Below, piece after piece: positions 34,133-45,242 of a DNA stretch of 64,000 nucleotides. Below the pieces are notes generated by a model. The model did no database searches. It had not been told where the DNA came from and saw only the letters and a program-made list of their open reading frames with translations. Position numbers and translations under genes: made by a program. The stretch is from a bacterium (GTDB taxonomy: Bacteria; SM23-31), in NCBI GenBank assembly GCA_965249485.1, contig OZ252239.1:1632001-1696000 (forward strand), written 5' to 3'. How positions within the stretch are numbered: the stretch's first letter is position 1; each line of letters opens with the position of its first letter.

Positions 34133-37053
34133 TTATGAAATTGTAATAGTACTATCCAGTTCAACGATTACATAAGGCATTTCCGTTTCGAGATCAGGAT
34201 ACATACGGCCATTCCCTTCGGTATCGAGAGCTTCAACGAAATACATTAAATTCCATTCCGGGACGATGAATTCCGCCGGAATGGTGGCGGTATATGTACG
34301 GGACGATTTCCCAGGTTTCATTTCAAGTGTTTCATAGTCTTCAAACTGGGTCACATGCCGGTAACGTAAGCGCACCCATTCTACACCGGAAGGGTCCTCA
34401 ACTTCGACGGTTACCTGCAATGGTGTTTTCGGTTTTGAATTCTTTATACGTGTGAGATTGACCATGGGTGATTCTCTGTCATCTGATATTGACACGACGA
34501 AAGGATTGCTTCCGCTCTGACTGGGAGAGGTTATACGCAGACCGGCAGCATCCTCTGCCTCTATAAAAATAGGATACATCATTGTTGACTGCCGCATGTG
34601 GAATAGTTGCACTATACTTGTTAGGACCGAACAACTGCATGTCGATATATTGATACGACCCCGACTCACTTTTGTAAGCTAAACGCACAATAAGATACCT
34701 TGTCTTGAGAATACACGGTCGACCTTACCTGCAGGTCCTCATGCGGAGCAATTCTCCTCAACGGTACGTGAGCTATGAGCACTCTTTTGTCACCGAAATC
34801 CGGTGCAAACGTTGCACGTTCGCGTTTCAAGTCCTCGATTCCATCCCTCAATCGCACAAGTTCATCCCGCCAGTGCCCGCTAAGTCCTACGGCGCGGACA
34901 CCGAACATCAAATCTTCCGCATAGACGTCACCAGCCGATTCAACGATTTTCTGCCAGGCCTCCATTGCGTTTGTTTCATGCCTGATGGCGTCATCTAATG
35001 CAAAGAGGTCCTGCGTCTGTTTATAGAGATTGAAGCTGACCGCAGCAGGTATTCGCCGGGCATGATACAAGGCCAGGTATGCCAGTATTTTCAAATCGGT
35101 CACCGTCGAAATGAATTCATTAGAGCGTTCCCGTCCGGTCAACCGCTCTGCTTCAGCAACATTTTCCAATATGGAATCGGCAGTATGAGAGAACCAGCTG
35201 GCAGTCTCTGAAGGACGCCGTTGAGCCGTGTCGAACCCTCGAAGCACGTTGACGGCTTCTTCCCGAAAATCGACAAATTGCTGAACATCGCTGCCTTCGG
35301 CAGTGGCATAAATGGGCAAATCGTATATACGCATTAATTCAGGCCAGCCCCGTGTAGTCGGAAAATTAAAGTAACGGTAACTGGCGGCAACAATTCGGGG
35401 AAGCACGTTACTGGCCAGATGAAGTCCTTTCATAATATATGGGCCCGCCTCTTTGCCGTAACGTCTGTCAAATTCACGTTCCCAAATTTCAGGTGGAGTT
35501 TCAGGGTTATAACCAAGCCGACCGAACACCTGGTAGAAATGCCAGTAGCGTTCAAATTCCCACTCATAGTACTTGTATTGAGGATTCAATAATTCGAAGG
35601 GTTCCCGGTCGTGGGGCTGGGCATGCATTTTTGCTACCAGGAGATCATTAACTTCAAAACTGTTCCCATTATAGAAGTGAGCGCTTTCGGCAAATCGTCG
35701 GGCATATTCCGGATTTCCCCATAACAGTATACGATTGGATCCCTCGGTCCACATGCGCCAGTGGATTCTGTACTTCTGAGGATACCGGAGCATATCGGCA
35801 TAACCGTGTCGTCTGTCGAACTGATTATAGGGGTTGATATGGGTTGGATGGAAGGGCAATCCCATTTGTTCCATCCAGTATTTGGTCGTAACCCTCAGGT
35901 TGACCTGCTGCTGCAATCCGTCATCGATTATTGCATCTGTCAGTCCTTTTGCCCGAATGTCAACCCGCAAATCGGGCCGTTCCATTTTGATTATTTGAAA
36001 GACATCGTGCCAGAAACCCTCCATTTCGCTCCGTTGGAGACCCGATTCACCATGCATGCGAAACTGTATACCGTCAATATCCGGGAAATATTCAATGAAT
36101 GCCGCAATAGCAGCTTTACTGTAAACGGCCAGATTATCCGATGTTATCCCTAATACCCGGCCGGGTATTTGTTCTTCCGGCGCCTTATCGCCAAAGGCTC
36201 CTAGGGGATCCTGGCTAAGCCCACCGCGATAGATATGATCCCAGATGCCAACGATAAAATCAACCCCATGGTTATGGGCAATTTCTATTATCCGACGAAG
36301 TGCCTCCCTATTCCGCTGCTGTTCCTGCGGTGTAATGTCTACCATTTGGACATTGGAAAACTCATCCAAATCGTAAAAGTAGGGGTATAACGGTGCCATA
36401 AATCCATCGTTTTCGTATCTGAAAATGACAAGGAGACTGTTCAAACGGTTTTGGGCCATCATACCAAAATATTTTTCCCAATAATCTTCATTAAACAATC
36501 GCTGTTCAAAATAGCCACGATGAAAGGTCGTAAAAGAGAGAGATCGTTCGATGTGATCCGGTTTTTCCTGTGTGTTCCGGATATGCTGAAATGGATTGGC
36601 GGGATTGTTACTCCACCTTATTCGATCAGCGACATCCAATGCGGCATACATGACTCCCCGTTCATCCGATCCAGTTATTAAATAAGCCATTTTCCCATTC
36701 CATCGGGTGCGTTGGATCACGAGCGCTTCGGCCTCTTCAGAAAGTTGAACGTCTGCATCAAAAAGCAGCTGTGTCATTTCATTTTGTTCTTGAGCAATAC
36801 TCACAATAATCAGAATATTGCCTTTGGCTTCTTCCAGTGTATTAACCTGCTCTGCTACGATGCCTTTATACTTTAGCGCCAATAATATCTGAGCAGTACC
36901 ATGGTTTGTGGGGGCACTATTTTGATCATACACCACCAGAGAGATGTCTGTATCAAAAACTTCACTCGTGCATCCTGAAAGCAAAAAAATCAGCACTCCC
37001 AATAATACTACAAAACGAAAACAGCTATTACAAGGATACAGAGTTTGTTTCAT
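34133..37053 (-). CDS. Large carbohydrate-active-like lipoprotein, two frameshifts (~34690, ~34565)
   Basis: Lipobox LSGC; GSDERGVMYA domain seen in GH20/67/115-like N-termini. ORFs 34666-37053, 34479-34688 and 34133-34669 join into one protein ending in Ig-like repeats (YxATIP..YFxEA.D). Confidence 0.65.
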
Positions 37054-37542
37054 CGGTGACCCCTTGGTAATGCCTATTTGAAAAACGATTATTTGAAAGC
37101 ATAATTAACAATCGTAGTGTACACTGCCAGAAGATTCCGGAAATTTTACATTAATAATTAAGAGATACATTTAGTTTTTGCTCGTGTTTTTACTTACCTC
37201 TTTTCAAGAGGTTAGAATCCAGAAAACTCTCCACCAGCATATATACAAAGATTCAAACTTTGTAGATCATCAAGGACAATTCTCAATGAGTTGCAGAAAG
37301 GGATTGAAGAGTTAAAAACCGGGCAAAAACTGGAACTTGAACTGTTAGGAATCCAATCAAAGTTGCTATAAGTGTTCGGATTGAGATGGCCTGTTTTAGG
37401 CTGAAAGTTAAGAGATCAACCGAAAATCTTATTACGTAAATCAGTTTAATCCATTGATCCCTGTATACACAGAATGCAGTCACAGCTTTACAATCAAGTT
37501 CGATTTTTTCCTTACTGGGACGGCTTGTACTGTTTAAAGAGT

Positions 37543-38988
37543 CTAAAGACCCCAGCCATCTCTATACGTAGGTTTAATAAATTGATCAGCATCCGGAGTA
37601 TTGGTTGCCTTCATGTTAGCGCTATCCCAGTATAATTTTTTACCTGTCCGCAGCGCAACATTGCCCAACAGTACCATTTCGGTTAATGGACCGGAATATT
37701 CAAAATTCGAGCTGGTGGGACTACCGCCCTTGCAGAATTTTATCCAATCTCCATGGTGACTTTCAAGCCGGGGAATTGTTTGAGGTGGTAGCTCATACGC
37801 TTGCATTTTTGTCTCAGGTATTATGCGTGGAGAGCCGGACCAGCCTCCGCATAGTATTATACCGTCGTCTCCTACAAAATAAATTCCGTTTCCACCCATT
37901 CTACGGCCCTCTTCCAATTCTCGCGGCCGTGGAGGCATCAATCCTCCGTCATACCATTTCAAACTGACCGGAGGCATATCTCCACGGGCCGGAAACTCGT
38001 AATGGTATATTGCTCCTGTTGGTACTGTTTCGTCATTCAATCTGGAGCCACTTGCTTCCACACTGATGGGAGAACCAAGATCAAGGGCCCAAAATGCCGG
38101 ATCAATGTTATGACAGGCCATATCACCGATAGCACTGGTACCAAAATCCCACCAGCCACGCCAATTATATGGTGCATAAGCTCCATTATACGGCCGGTAC
38201 GGTGTTGGACCGAGCCAGCGATCCCAGTCAAGTGTATCCGGCACCGACGGCCTGTCCTCAGGTCTGTCCGACAGATCTGTCCATTCCAGTCCGCCTGAAT
38301 TGCTCCATGCGTGGACCTCACGAACCGTTCCAATCGCTCCGGCTCGTATCCACTCTACCGTCAAACGCATCCCTTCGCCGGAATTGCCATGATTTCCCAT
38401 CTGGGTTGCCACTCCTGCCTTACGGGACGCCTCCGTGACTATTCGTGTCTCGTAAACCGAATGGGTAAGAGGCTTTTCGCAATACACATGTTTGCCTCGT
38501 TCAATGGCTGCAAGACATGCTGCTGCGTGAACGTGATCGGGAGTGGATATAACCACGGCATCGATATTTTTTTCCTTTTCCAGCATTTCACGGAAATCAA
38601 TATAGCTGGCACAACCTTTGTAGGTCCCCGATGTGCTTTGTTCGGTGTAATATGTATTTACTCTCTCGAGAGCAGGTTTTAGCCCCGCTGTGGGGTAGTT
38701 ATAGTAAAATGGACCGTAATCGCTTTCTTGATTGACATCACAGAGGGCAATCACCTGCACATCCGGAAGTTGGATCAATCTCCTGATATTACCGGTTCCC
38801 TGTCCTCCGGTGCCGATAAAGGCCACGTTGATCTTGTTGCTTGGTGCGAACCGTCCCATGACGCAACTTGGAACGATCGTGAATGCCGCTGCGGCTGCCA
38901 CCGAGCTGCCGATAAATTCACGCCGGGTTAATTTTTTGCGCTGCTGCCTGACATTTTTTTTCATCTTTTCGTATTCTATTCCGTTCAA
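37543..38988 (-). CDS. Tat-exported Gfo/Idh/MocA oxidoreductase
   Basis: TRREFIG Tat motif, IGTGGQG, TPDHVH, YCEKP, WRGWWDFGT..GDMACH; probable start at 38964. Confidence 0.9.
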   Translation of the reverse strand: MNGIEYEKMKKNVRQQRKKLTRREFIGSSVAAAAAFTIVPSCVMGRFAPSNKINVAFIGTGGQGTGNIRRLIQLPDVQVIALCDVNQESDYGPFYYNYPTAGLKPALERVNTYYTEQSTSGTYKGCASYIDFREMLEKEKNIDAVVISTPDHVHAAACLAAIERGKHVYCEKPLTHSVYETRIVTEASRKAGVATQMGNHGNSGEGMRLTVEWIRAGAIGTVREVHAWSNSGGLEWTDLSDRPEDRPSVPDTLDWDRWLGPTPYRPYNGAYAPYNWRGWWDFGTSAIGDMACHNIDPAFWALDLGSPISVEASGSRLNDETVPTGAIYHYEFPARGDMPPVSLKWYDGGLMPPRPRELEEGRRMGGNGIYFVGDDGIILCGGWSGSPRIIPETKMQAYELPPQTIPRLESHHGDWIKFCKGGSPTSSNFEYSGPLTEMVLLGNVALRTGKKLYWDSANMKATNTPDADQFIKPTYRDGWGL

Positions 38989-39443
38989 GAATGGAGGTTG
39001 ATCATCGGTTACTTTAGGATTTCCATATTGTGCATTGTATTGAGCTCACTCCTATTTATTGACGGTTTCCGATAGGAACATAACTCTTTTCGATCACCAT
39101 ACCGTCATCGGATCAGGGTAATCCGTGAGATCGGAGGGTAGAGAAATTCGATACCGTTTTTTGTAATGATGATGTTATCTTCGATCAGAATGTGATGGAA
39201 ACTATAGTATAAATAATAAGGTATTTTTACAAGTCTTTTCTGCTTCTTGGGCTGTATGATTGTTTATTCAGATATTTTCACGAGGGGTTGTAACTATTTG
39301 CTAAGATTCTCAAAATGAAAGGTAATGTCGTGAAAACCCATCTTAGAGCCATCCAAATAAATTGTCCGATATGATTTAATGGAACCACTTTAAAATGTAT
39401 GCTTTATGGTGGGATTAGCAGTGTGAGTAAATATTATAGAAAC

Positions 39444-39478
39444 AAAAAAGCACCCACAGATTATGCTGTGAGTACTTT
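39444..39478 (-). terminator. Intrinsic terminator downstream of tRNA fragment
   Basis: AGTACTCACAG-CATAAT-CTGTGGGTGCT followed by a T run on the minus strand. Confidence 0.75.
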
Positions 39479-39490
39479 AAAAACAATTTG

Positions 39491-39535
39491 TGGCGCCTCC
39501 CGGATTTGAACCGGGGACACACGGATTTTCAGTCC
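39491..39535 (-). tRNA. 3' half of tRNA-Phe(GAA), att-site-like fragment
   Basis: GGACTGAAAATCCGTGTGTCCCCGGTTCAAATCCGGGAGGCGCCA: anticodon loop, T-arm and 3' acceptor strand present; no D-arm or 5' acceptor strand. Confidence 0.85.
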
Positions 39536-39876
39536 TATATGATAATGTTTTTTGATTCCAATCCGCATAATTATTATGATGATTTACCCTCTGCAACTTT
39601 ATAATAAATCAATAATTTATCTTACAATAAGCAATGGTAATTCCAGAATATTGGTAATATCAATAACTGCACTAAAATTTTTCAAAAATGCTATGTTTTT
39701 TTATATAGTCTTATAAATTAACCGAGTCATTTAAGCATCATTAATTATTACCTTCAAATCAATTTTCTCTTTTACGAATTCTACCCGGGTTTTTCCACCA
39801 GCTTGCCTTTTTCCCGGAAAATGAGGGTGATGGGGTGGAGGTGGAGATTCATGATGTGGCGGCTACGTGAGGTTGG

Positions 39877-40756
39877 TTGATGGTTGTTCGTCAATGACAA
39901 AAAAAGGGTGTCAAAACGTGCTGCTTCCGCGTTTGCAACACTGATAATCGAAATGAATCGTGACCAGTTCAAACTTGTTAAAGACAGATTGTGCGGAACA
40001 CATGGTTTTATTTACCCACTATCGAGATCATTAGACTTTCTTATACATACCGACGACTTTGTGAATAAACACGAATTCATTTATGTTATACTCCCGGATT
40101 GTTAATCCATCTACATCAACAAAGTTTTTATTGTCTGGCTCGAGATACACCGTAGTACCGACCTACCGGAATCGTTTAACACCGGCATTACCGCCTTTTA
40201 ATCTAAAATCCACGATAGAGTTGTTGTGAAGTTCAGCTGAGGGGGAGACTATTACATAATCGCCTTCGTTGAGGGTGGGCACCATGGAGTCCCCCGTAAC
40301 TACCAACGCATATGCGTTTTCGTCTTTATTATCAGCCATGAACTATTCCTCTGCGTAACGTACTGGGTAACTTGGGTCTGTAAAATCGGCAACGTCAATA
40401 GCGGAAATATTATTGAAGACAGGGACCTTCCGGATAAATACGGGGCTTAATACCTTACCCCAATCTTGCCCGGAAACATAATGTGAAGAATGTTAACTAT
40501 TATATTTAACGGCATCTTTTTTGAAAAGTTTAGAACATTTCTGTTCTATGTGATGGCCATCACGTTAGAAAAGATAGTTGGTCGAAATACCGGTGGTTGT
40601 ATCGATATTGTATAATGGTAGGGGGTGAATTTTTTTCTACATTTACCGGCTTCAATAAATAATACGTTGGAATAATCAACGCCGGATAAATCTGATAGTT
40701 TTTTGCGATAGACCTTGAGTGCTTAAAGCAGCTTGATGGTTGTTCGTCAATGACAA
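39877..40756. repeat. 24-bp direct repeat TTGATGGTTGTTCGTCAATGACAA (39877-39900 and 40733-40756)
   Basis: Exact match; each copy lies just downstream of a minus-strand hairpin plus T-tract. Confidence 0.8.
40031..40725 (-). pseudogene. Decayed XRE-HTH + S24 peptidase (CI/LexA-type) repressor
   Basis: Manual translation gives GLSQK..LSDLSGVDYSNVLFIEAGK (HTH) and YALVVTGDSMVPTLNEGDYVIV..VKRF..LEPDN..KVVG (S24). In-frame stops at 40163, 40343 and 40493, plus frameshifts. Confidence 0.8.
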
Positions 40757-40880
40757 GAAAGGGCAGCGCAACGTGTATGTCTGCACTGCCCATAGAAGGG
40801 AATTATAATGAAACTACATTACGTCTGCCCCTTGTTTAATTTGAAGCCAAACAAGGAAAAGCTCCATCCATAATTCGTTA
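40755..40880 (-). ncRNA. Candidate sRNA, copy A
   Basis: ECF-type promoter upstream, hairpin CCTTGTTT..AAACAAGG, 71-bp core identical to copy B, GC-rich terminator; ends approximate. Confidence 0.6.
40808..40873 (+). CDS. Possible 21-aa peptide MKLHYVCPLFNLKPNKEKLHP, antisense to sRNA copy A
   Basis: AGAAGGGA SD-like site then ATG; same length and stop position in copy B. Confidence 0.3.
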   Translation: MKLHYVCPLFNLKPNKEKLHP

Positions 40881-40889
40881 TAGTATTTA

Positions 40890-40915
40890 AACGACAATGG
40901 TGCTCAAACGTTTCA
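40890..40915 (-). promoter_or_regulatory. ECF-sigma promoter TGAAAC-N16-CGTT
   Basis: Matches the SigW/SigM-type consensus TGAAAC-N16-CGT. Confidence 0.6.
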
Positions 40916-41046
40916 CACATTGTGTGCAGTATGGAGCAGAAGGAGAGAGTGCAGGGAGTTGATTTCGTCCGCCTCTTTTATGCTCTTGATTTTCCTGCGA
41001 TAAGTTGTATATTAACTCATCAAAATAATTTGTCCTCGGGAATCCC

Positions 41047-41709
41047 ATGTGCGCACGATATACGCTGTATGCAACAATGCAGAGAATTATGGATTTCTTT
41101 AACATTAAAAATGTTAAAGTTCAATTTCAATCAAACTATAATATTGCTCCCTCTACACACGTTCCTGTTATTGTAAACGACGGGGACATTAGTTTGGTAA
41201 GTCATGAGTGGGGTATAGTCCCGACGTGGACTAAAAATAAATGGCAGCGGTTGATCAATGCGAAAGCTGAATCTGTCCATGAAAAACCAACATTTGCCGC
41301 TTCTTTTCGGAAAAAACGGTGCCTTTTTGTTCTGGATGGATTTTATGAATGGAAAGGCAAAGGCAACGATAAAATTCCAACGTATTTTCAGATGAAATCG
41401 AAAGAACCATTTGCCATAGCGGGAGTTTCTCTCACGAATAAGACGGAAGACAAAGAAACTGAACATGCTATCTTGATAACCACGTCCCCGAATGAATTAG
41501 TACATCACATTCATGACAGGATGCCTGCCATACTCGGTAACGAATACCACGAAGCATGGTTAGATCCCGATTATCAGGATCATGGCTATTTGAGGTCGTT
41601 ATTAACTCCATACCCACATGAAGAAATGGAGGCAATCTCAGTATCAAAGTTTGTTAATTCGCCCGGCAATAATACTCCGGAGTGTATCAAACCTGTTATT
41701 GAAGATTGA
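41047..41709 (+). CDS. SRAP (SOS response-associated peptidase, YedK/HMCES abasic-site protein)
   Basis: N-terminal MCARY (Cys2), YNIAP, INAKAE, GFYEW, IHDRMP. Confidence 0.93.
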   Translation: MCARYTLYATMQRIMDFFNIKNVKVQFQSNYNIAPSTHVPVIVNDGDISLVSHEWGIVPTWTKNKWQRLINAKAESVHEKPTFAASFRKKRCLFVLDGFYEWKGKGNDKIPTYFQMKSKEPFAIAGVSLTNKTEDKETEHAILITTSPNELVHHIHDRMPAILGNEYHEAWLDPDYQDHGYLRSLLTPYPHEEMEAISVSKFVNSPGNNTPECIKPVIED

Positions 41710-42177
41710 GTGAATCCAAAAATGACATTAAAAAGTACAAAATCTATTCTAAAATTTAAGAAGATAGCTTCAGATGTAGATAAAGTTTTTCATAGATACA
41801 AACATTTGGGATCCCTTTTAGAGAAATATCCATTAGGATCATGTCATGCTGCATCGGAATTATTTGGTTTGGCATTACTAATAGCAGGTTATAATAAAAT
41901 TCAACTTGCATACAATGGAACTAGGAATCTAAAAAATGGTAGTTTTCATTCTCATGCTTGGCTTGAATTAAACGATACAATTATTGATCTTACTCTTTAC
42001 CAATTTAATGGTGTGGATAAGGGTGTTTACGTTGGAGATATTACTGAATGGCATAAAAAATTCAAAAGACAAGAAAGAAGGAACATTGAAAAAGCTGCTT
42101 TAGATCATTGGCGTCCATCTATTTTAAAAATTGATGAGCTTTTTGATGATATTTATAATTGCATTGATACAAAATAG
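41710..42177 (+). CDS. Hypothetical protein with Cys-His-Asp (transglutaminase/papain-like) motifs
   Basis: GSCHAAS, SHAWLE, IIDLT..QF; abuts the SRAP stop codon. Confidence 0.6.
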   Translation: MNPKMTLKSTKSILKFKKIASDVDKVFHRYKHLGSLLEKYPLGSCHAASELFGLALLIAGYNKIQLAYNGTRNLKNGSFHSHAWLELNDTIIDLTLYQFNGVDKGVYVGDITEWHKKFKRQERRNIEKAALDHWRPSILKIDELFDDIYNCIDTK

Positions 42178-42221
42178 CCTATCTTCCACGAATAGAGCTA
42201 ATGAAAGTGTATCAAACCTGT

Positions 42222-45200
42222 TTAAATTGGATGGTAATTCCATCTCACTTTTTTATCTTTTTCAACCGGTTTTTTGACCGGTTTTCTTTTCTCACCTATT
42301 ATTTCCACTTCCATGACATTGAGTGTCACAGCGGAAAAATCTTCGTCAACATACCCTTTTAAAATATATGGTTTGGTTTTCGTAATCATGTGGCAAAATT
42401 TTTGACACGTTTTGGGAAAGAAGGTCGTTTCATAAATTGCAGTCGTATCCTCAAATGAAAGGAACTGCATCGGCTCCTGATTTTTCGTAGAGGTTAATTT
42501 GCTTGTAACATACCATCCGATTACGGCAACATATTTTCCGACGTATTTATGCAAATATTTTGCCTGAATGTAGTTCATGTTTGCAAGCTGCTTTGTATAC
42601 AGCGTCAACGGATGCCTGCTCACCAGAAAACCAAGTGTCTCAACCTCATGCCTCAACACTGTCATTTCATTGTATTCAGTGGTAACAGGAATCTCAAAAC
42701 TGTCTTCGTAGATAGTCAACTGTTCCTCTTTCTTCTTGCTCAACAATATAGTCCACATTAATTCCGGTCGTGTTTTCCCGGATATAGAATCAAAGCATCC
42801 CGATTTTATCAATACGATGACATCTGACTGGTCTATCGTCATTCGTGCCAGAAAGTTCTCCAGTGAAGTAAATTTTCCCTGTTTCCTTTCATGTACTAGT
42901 GCATCTACCGCTTTCCCCTGTAAATCCATTATCTGCATAAAACCAATTCTGATTTTATCATTGATACCCGTATATTGTTTTTCACTTTCATTGATATCGG
43001 GACCTAAAACCTTTAACCCAAGCCGCTTCGCCTCGCTCAGGTATGCAAATGTCGAATAGAATCCGCCCATGTTGGATATTACTGAGGCGAAAAACTCCGC
43101 CGGATAATGCGATCGTACATACGCCGCTTTAAAACTTACTAACGCGTAGCTGGCAGAGTGAGGTTTGCAAAATGAATATCCCTCAAAACTTAACATCATT
43201 GCCCATATTTTCTCTATCACATCATCTTTGACATCATTGGCTCTGCAGCCATGGACAAATTTTTCAAAGAAATCCTTTAATTTCCTTTTCTTGTGTTTTT
43301 TCGTCATTACTTTTCTTAATTCATCCCCATCATCCGGAGTGAAATTTGCCAACGCAACAGCCACCCTGGAAACATCTTCCTGATAAACCATTATCCCAAA
43401 CGTTTCCTCTAACACCTTTTCAAGTATAGGGTGGATGGGTTTCCATGTTCCTCCGTATAATCTCCTGACATATTCCCGTGCCATGTCATTAGCCGCAGGT
43501 CTGATAATCGAGGATACAACAACAAGATTCTCAAAGTCCCCGCTTTTGCATTTCTGCAGCAGCAATCGTGTGGCAGGGCTTTCCACATAAAAACAACCGA
43601 ACGTCAATCCCCGTTTTATTGCCTGCTGTGTTCGCAAATCTTCTATTGCATTGAGATATTTGTAATTAATTGCAACATTATAATTCAGTTTTATCGCTTG
43701 TAAGGCATCTCTGATAACAGCAAGACTCCTGTTACCAAGTATATCAATTTTTACCAGTCCGGCCATTTCCGTCTGGTCTTTCTCCCATTGGATAACAGGG
43801 ACACCTTTCGTAGCTTTTTCAATCACAGCATGATTTTCCAGTTTTCTATCCGTTATTATTACTCCACCGCAATGAACGCTCATGTGCCGCGGTACACCCG
43901 CCACTTTCATCGAGACGTTTAAGATTTCCAACCATGTTTCATCGGGCTCAACATCTTGAAACATCGGATGGGTTTTTATCACCTGCCCAACGTCCTGAAT
44001 TCCCCACAGATATTTTAGTCTTGAAGAGAAAAAATCAATTTCGGTTTTTGGCATGCCGTATACTTTGGAAACCTCTCGAAAGGCTGCCCTCGGTTTTAAA
44101 TGAACATGATTGGAGACCATAGCAGACCTGTCTTTGTACTTTTCAAAAATATAGTCGAGTATATCATCCCGTTCATCCCAGGCGAAGTCCACGTCAATAT
44201 CCGGCAGGTCTTTTCTTCCCCTGTTGATGAACCGCTCGAAAAACAGGTTGTGCTTGATAGGATCGACATGGGTAATAAAAAGGCAGTAACTGACAATCGA
44301 GGCAGCACCGCTTCCTCTTCCGCACGTCAATTTACTCTCTTTCACAATGTCCTGGACTAAGAGGAAATATTGGGAGTAGCCCATGTCTTTTATAATATCA
44401 AGTTCATAGTCTAACCTGTCCTGAATCTCTTTTGTAATATGCTTGTACCGTAATGATAATCCCTGTTCGCACTTCTCCTTTAAAATATTGAGAGCCTCGT
44501 AATTTTTAAAAATATTCGGAAAGATTATTTCGGAGAAATCCCAGTCAGTTTTGCATTTACCGGCTATTGTGACGGTATTTTCAACAGCTTCCGGAACATG
44601 AGAGAACCTTTCCATCATTTCTTTTGAGCCGCGTAACATATTTTCCGGACTGGCTAATTCACTATCCGGAACTCTATCTATGGTTGTATTCAAATGAATA
44701 GCTCTTAAATGCTTATGTATAACGAAATCCTCCTTGTCCAGGAAAATCGCCGGAGAAGTGGCAACCATTTCAAGATTGTTTTTATGCGCTATCTTTTGTA
44801 ATGTATGGTGATCTCTATACCCTTGAAGCTCAACATATAAATCAGGACAGGTTTTTAACCCGGATAACAGATTCTTGTTATCCGTCAGTATTATTAAATC
44901 CTTGCTATGCTCTTTCAAATACTCTTTTAATCTGAAATTCTCATCGTTGTATTTTTTTGTCAGGCATTTACAGATTTCTCTGTATCCCTTTTCATTTTTT
45001 GCAAGTAAGAGAGCCCTCTCATTTTCATGTATTATTTCAGTGCCAATAATGACCTTAATCTTATAATGTCTGGCATCATCCAGGAAGAAATGCAATCCGT
45101 ACAATCCGTTTGTGTCTGTTAAAGCTATCGTGTCAATGCCAAGCTCTTGCAGCCGTATACATATCTGCTCCGGTGATGCCGTACCATACATCATCGAGTA

Positions 45201-45242
45201 ATAAGATTTTACATTCAAATGCACAAATTTCATGTCAGGCAC
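42222..45242 (-). CDS. dnaE2: Error-prone DNA polymerase III alpha (DnaE2)
   Basis: PHP domain, GRGSGA, PDIDVD, KIDILG, GYSFCKPH, OB fold; overlaps imuB. Confidence 0.9.
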   Translation of the reverse strand: MPDMKFVHLNVKSYYSMMYGTASPEQICIRLQELGIDTIALTDTNGLYGLHFFLDDARHYKIKVIIGTEIIHENERALLLAKNEKGYREICKCLTKKYNDENFRLKEYLKEHSKDLIILTDNKNLLSGLKTCPDLYVELQGYRDHHTLQKIAHKNNLEMVATSPAIFLDKEDFVIHKHLRAIHLNTTIDRVPDSELASPENMLRGSKEMMERFSHVPEAVENTVTIAGKCKTDWDFSEIIFPNIFKNYEALNILKEKCEQGLSLRYKHITKEIQDRLDYELDIIKDMGYSQYFLLVQDIVKESKLTCGRGSGAASIVSYCLFITHVDPIKHNLFFERFINRGRKDLPDIDVDFAWDERDDILDYIFEKYKDRSAMVSNHVHLKPRAAFREVSKVYGMPKTEIDFFSSRLKYLWGIQDVGQVIKTHPMFQDVEPDETWLEILNVSMKVAGVPRHMSVHCGGVIITDRKLENHAVIEKATKGVPVIQWEKDQTEMAGLVKIDILGNRSLAVIRDALQAIKLNYNVAINYKYLNAIEDLRTQQAIKRGLTFGCFYVESPATRLLLQKCKSGDFENLVVVSSIIRPAANDMAREYVRRLYGGTWKPIHPILEKVLEETFGIMVYQEDVSRVAVALANFTPDDGDELRKVMTKKHKKRKLKDFFEKFVHGCRANDVKDDVIEKIWAMMLSFEGYSFCKPHSASYALVSFKAAYVRSHYPAEFFASVISNMGGFYSTFAYLSEAKRLGLKVLGPDINESEKQYTGINDKIRIGFMQIMDLQGKAVDALVHERKQGKFTSLENFLARMTIDQSDVIVLIKSGCFDSISGKTRPELMWTILLSKKKEEQLTIYEDSFEIPVTTEYNEMTVLRHEVETLGFLVSRHPLTLYTKQLANMNYIQAKYLHKYVGKYVAVIGWYVTSKLTSTKNQEPMQFLSFEDTTAIYETTFFPKTCQKFCHMITKTKPYILKGYVDEDFSAVTLNVMEVEIIGEKRKPVKKPVEKDKKVRWNYHPI

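Noticed and set aside
188..38999. Many short plus-strand ORFs antisense to the long minus-strand genes
   Set aside because: Shadow ORFs with no recognisable motifs or RBS
40031..40345. TAG-to-Gln recoding of a phage gene
   Set aside because: The same relic also has TAA stops and frameshifts, and TAG terminates intact neighbouring genes
40531..40548. Palindrome TAGAAC-ATTTCT-GTTCTA as a second SOS box
   Set aside because: Spacer is 6 rather than 4 nt, and it lies inside the repressor pseudogene
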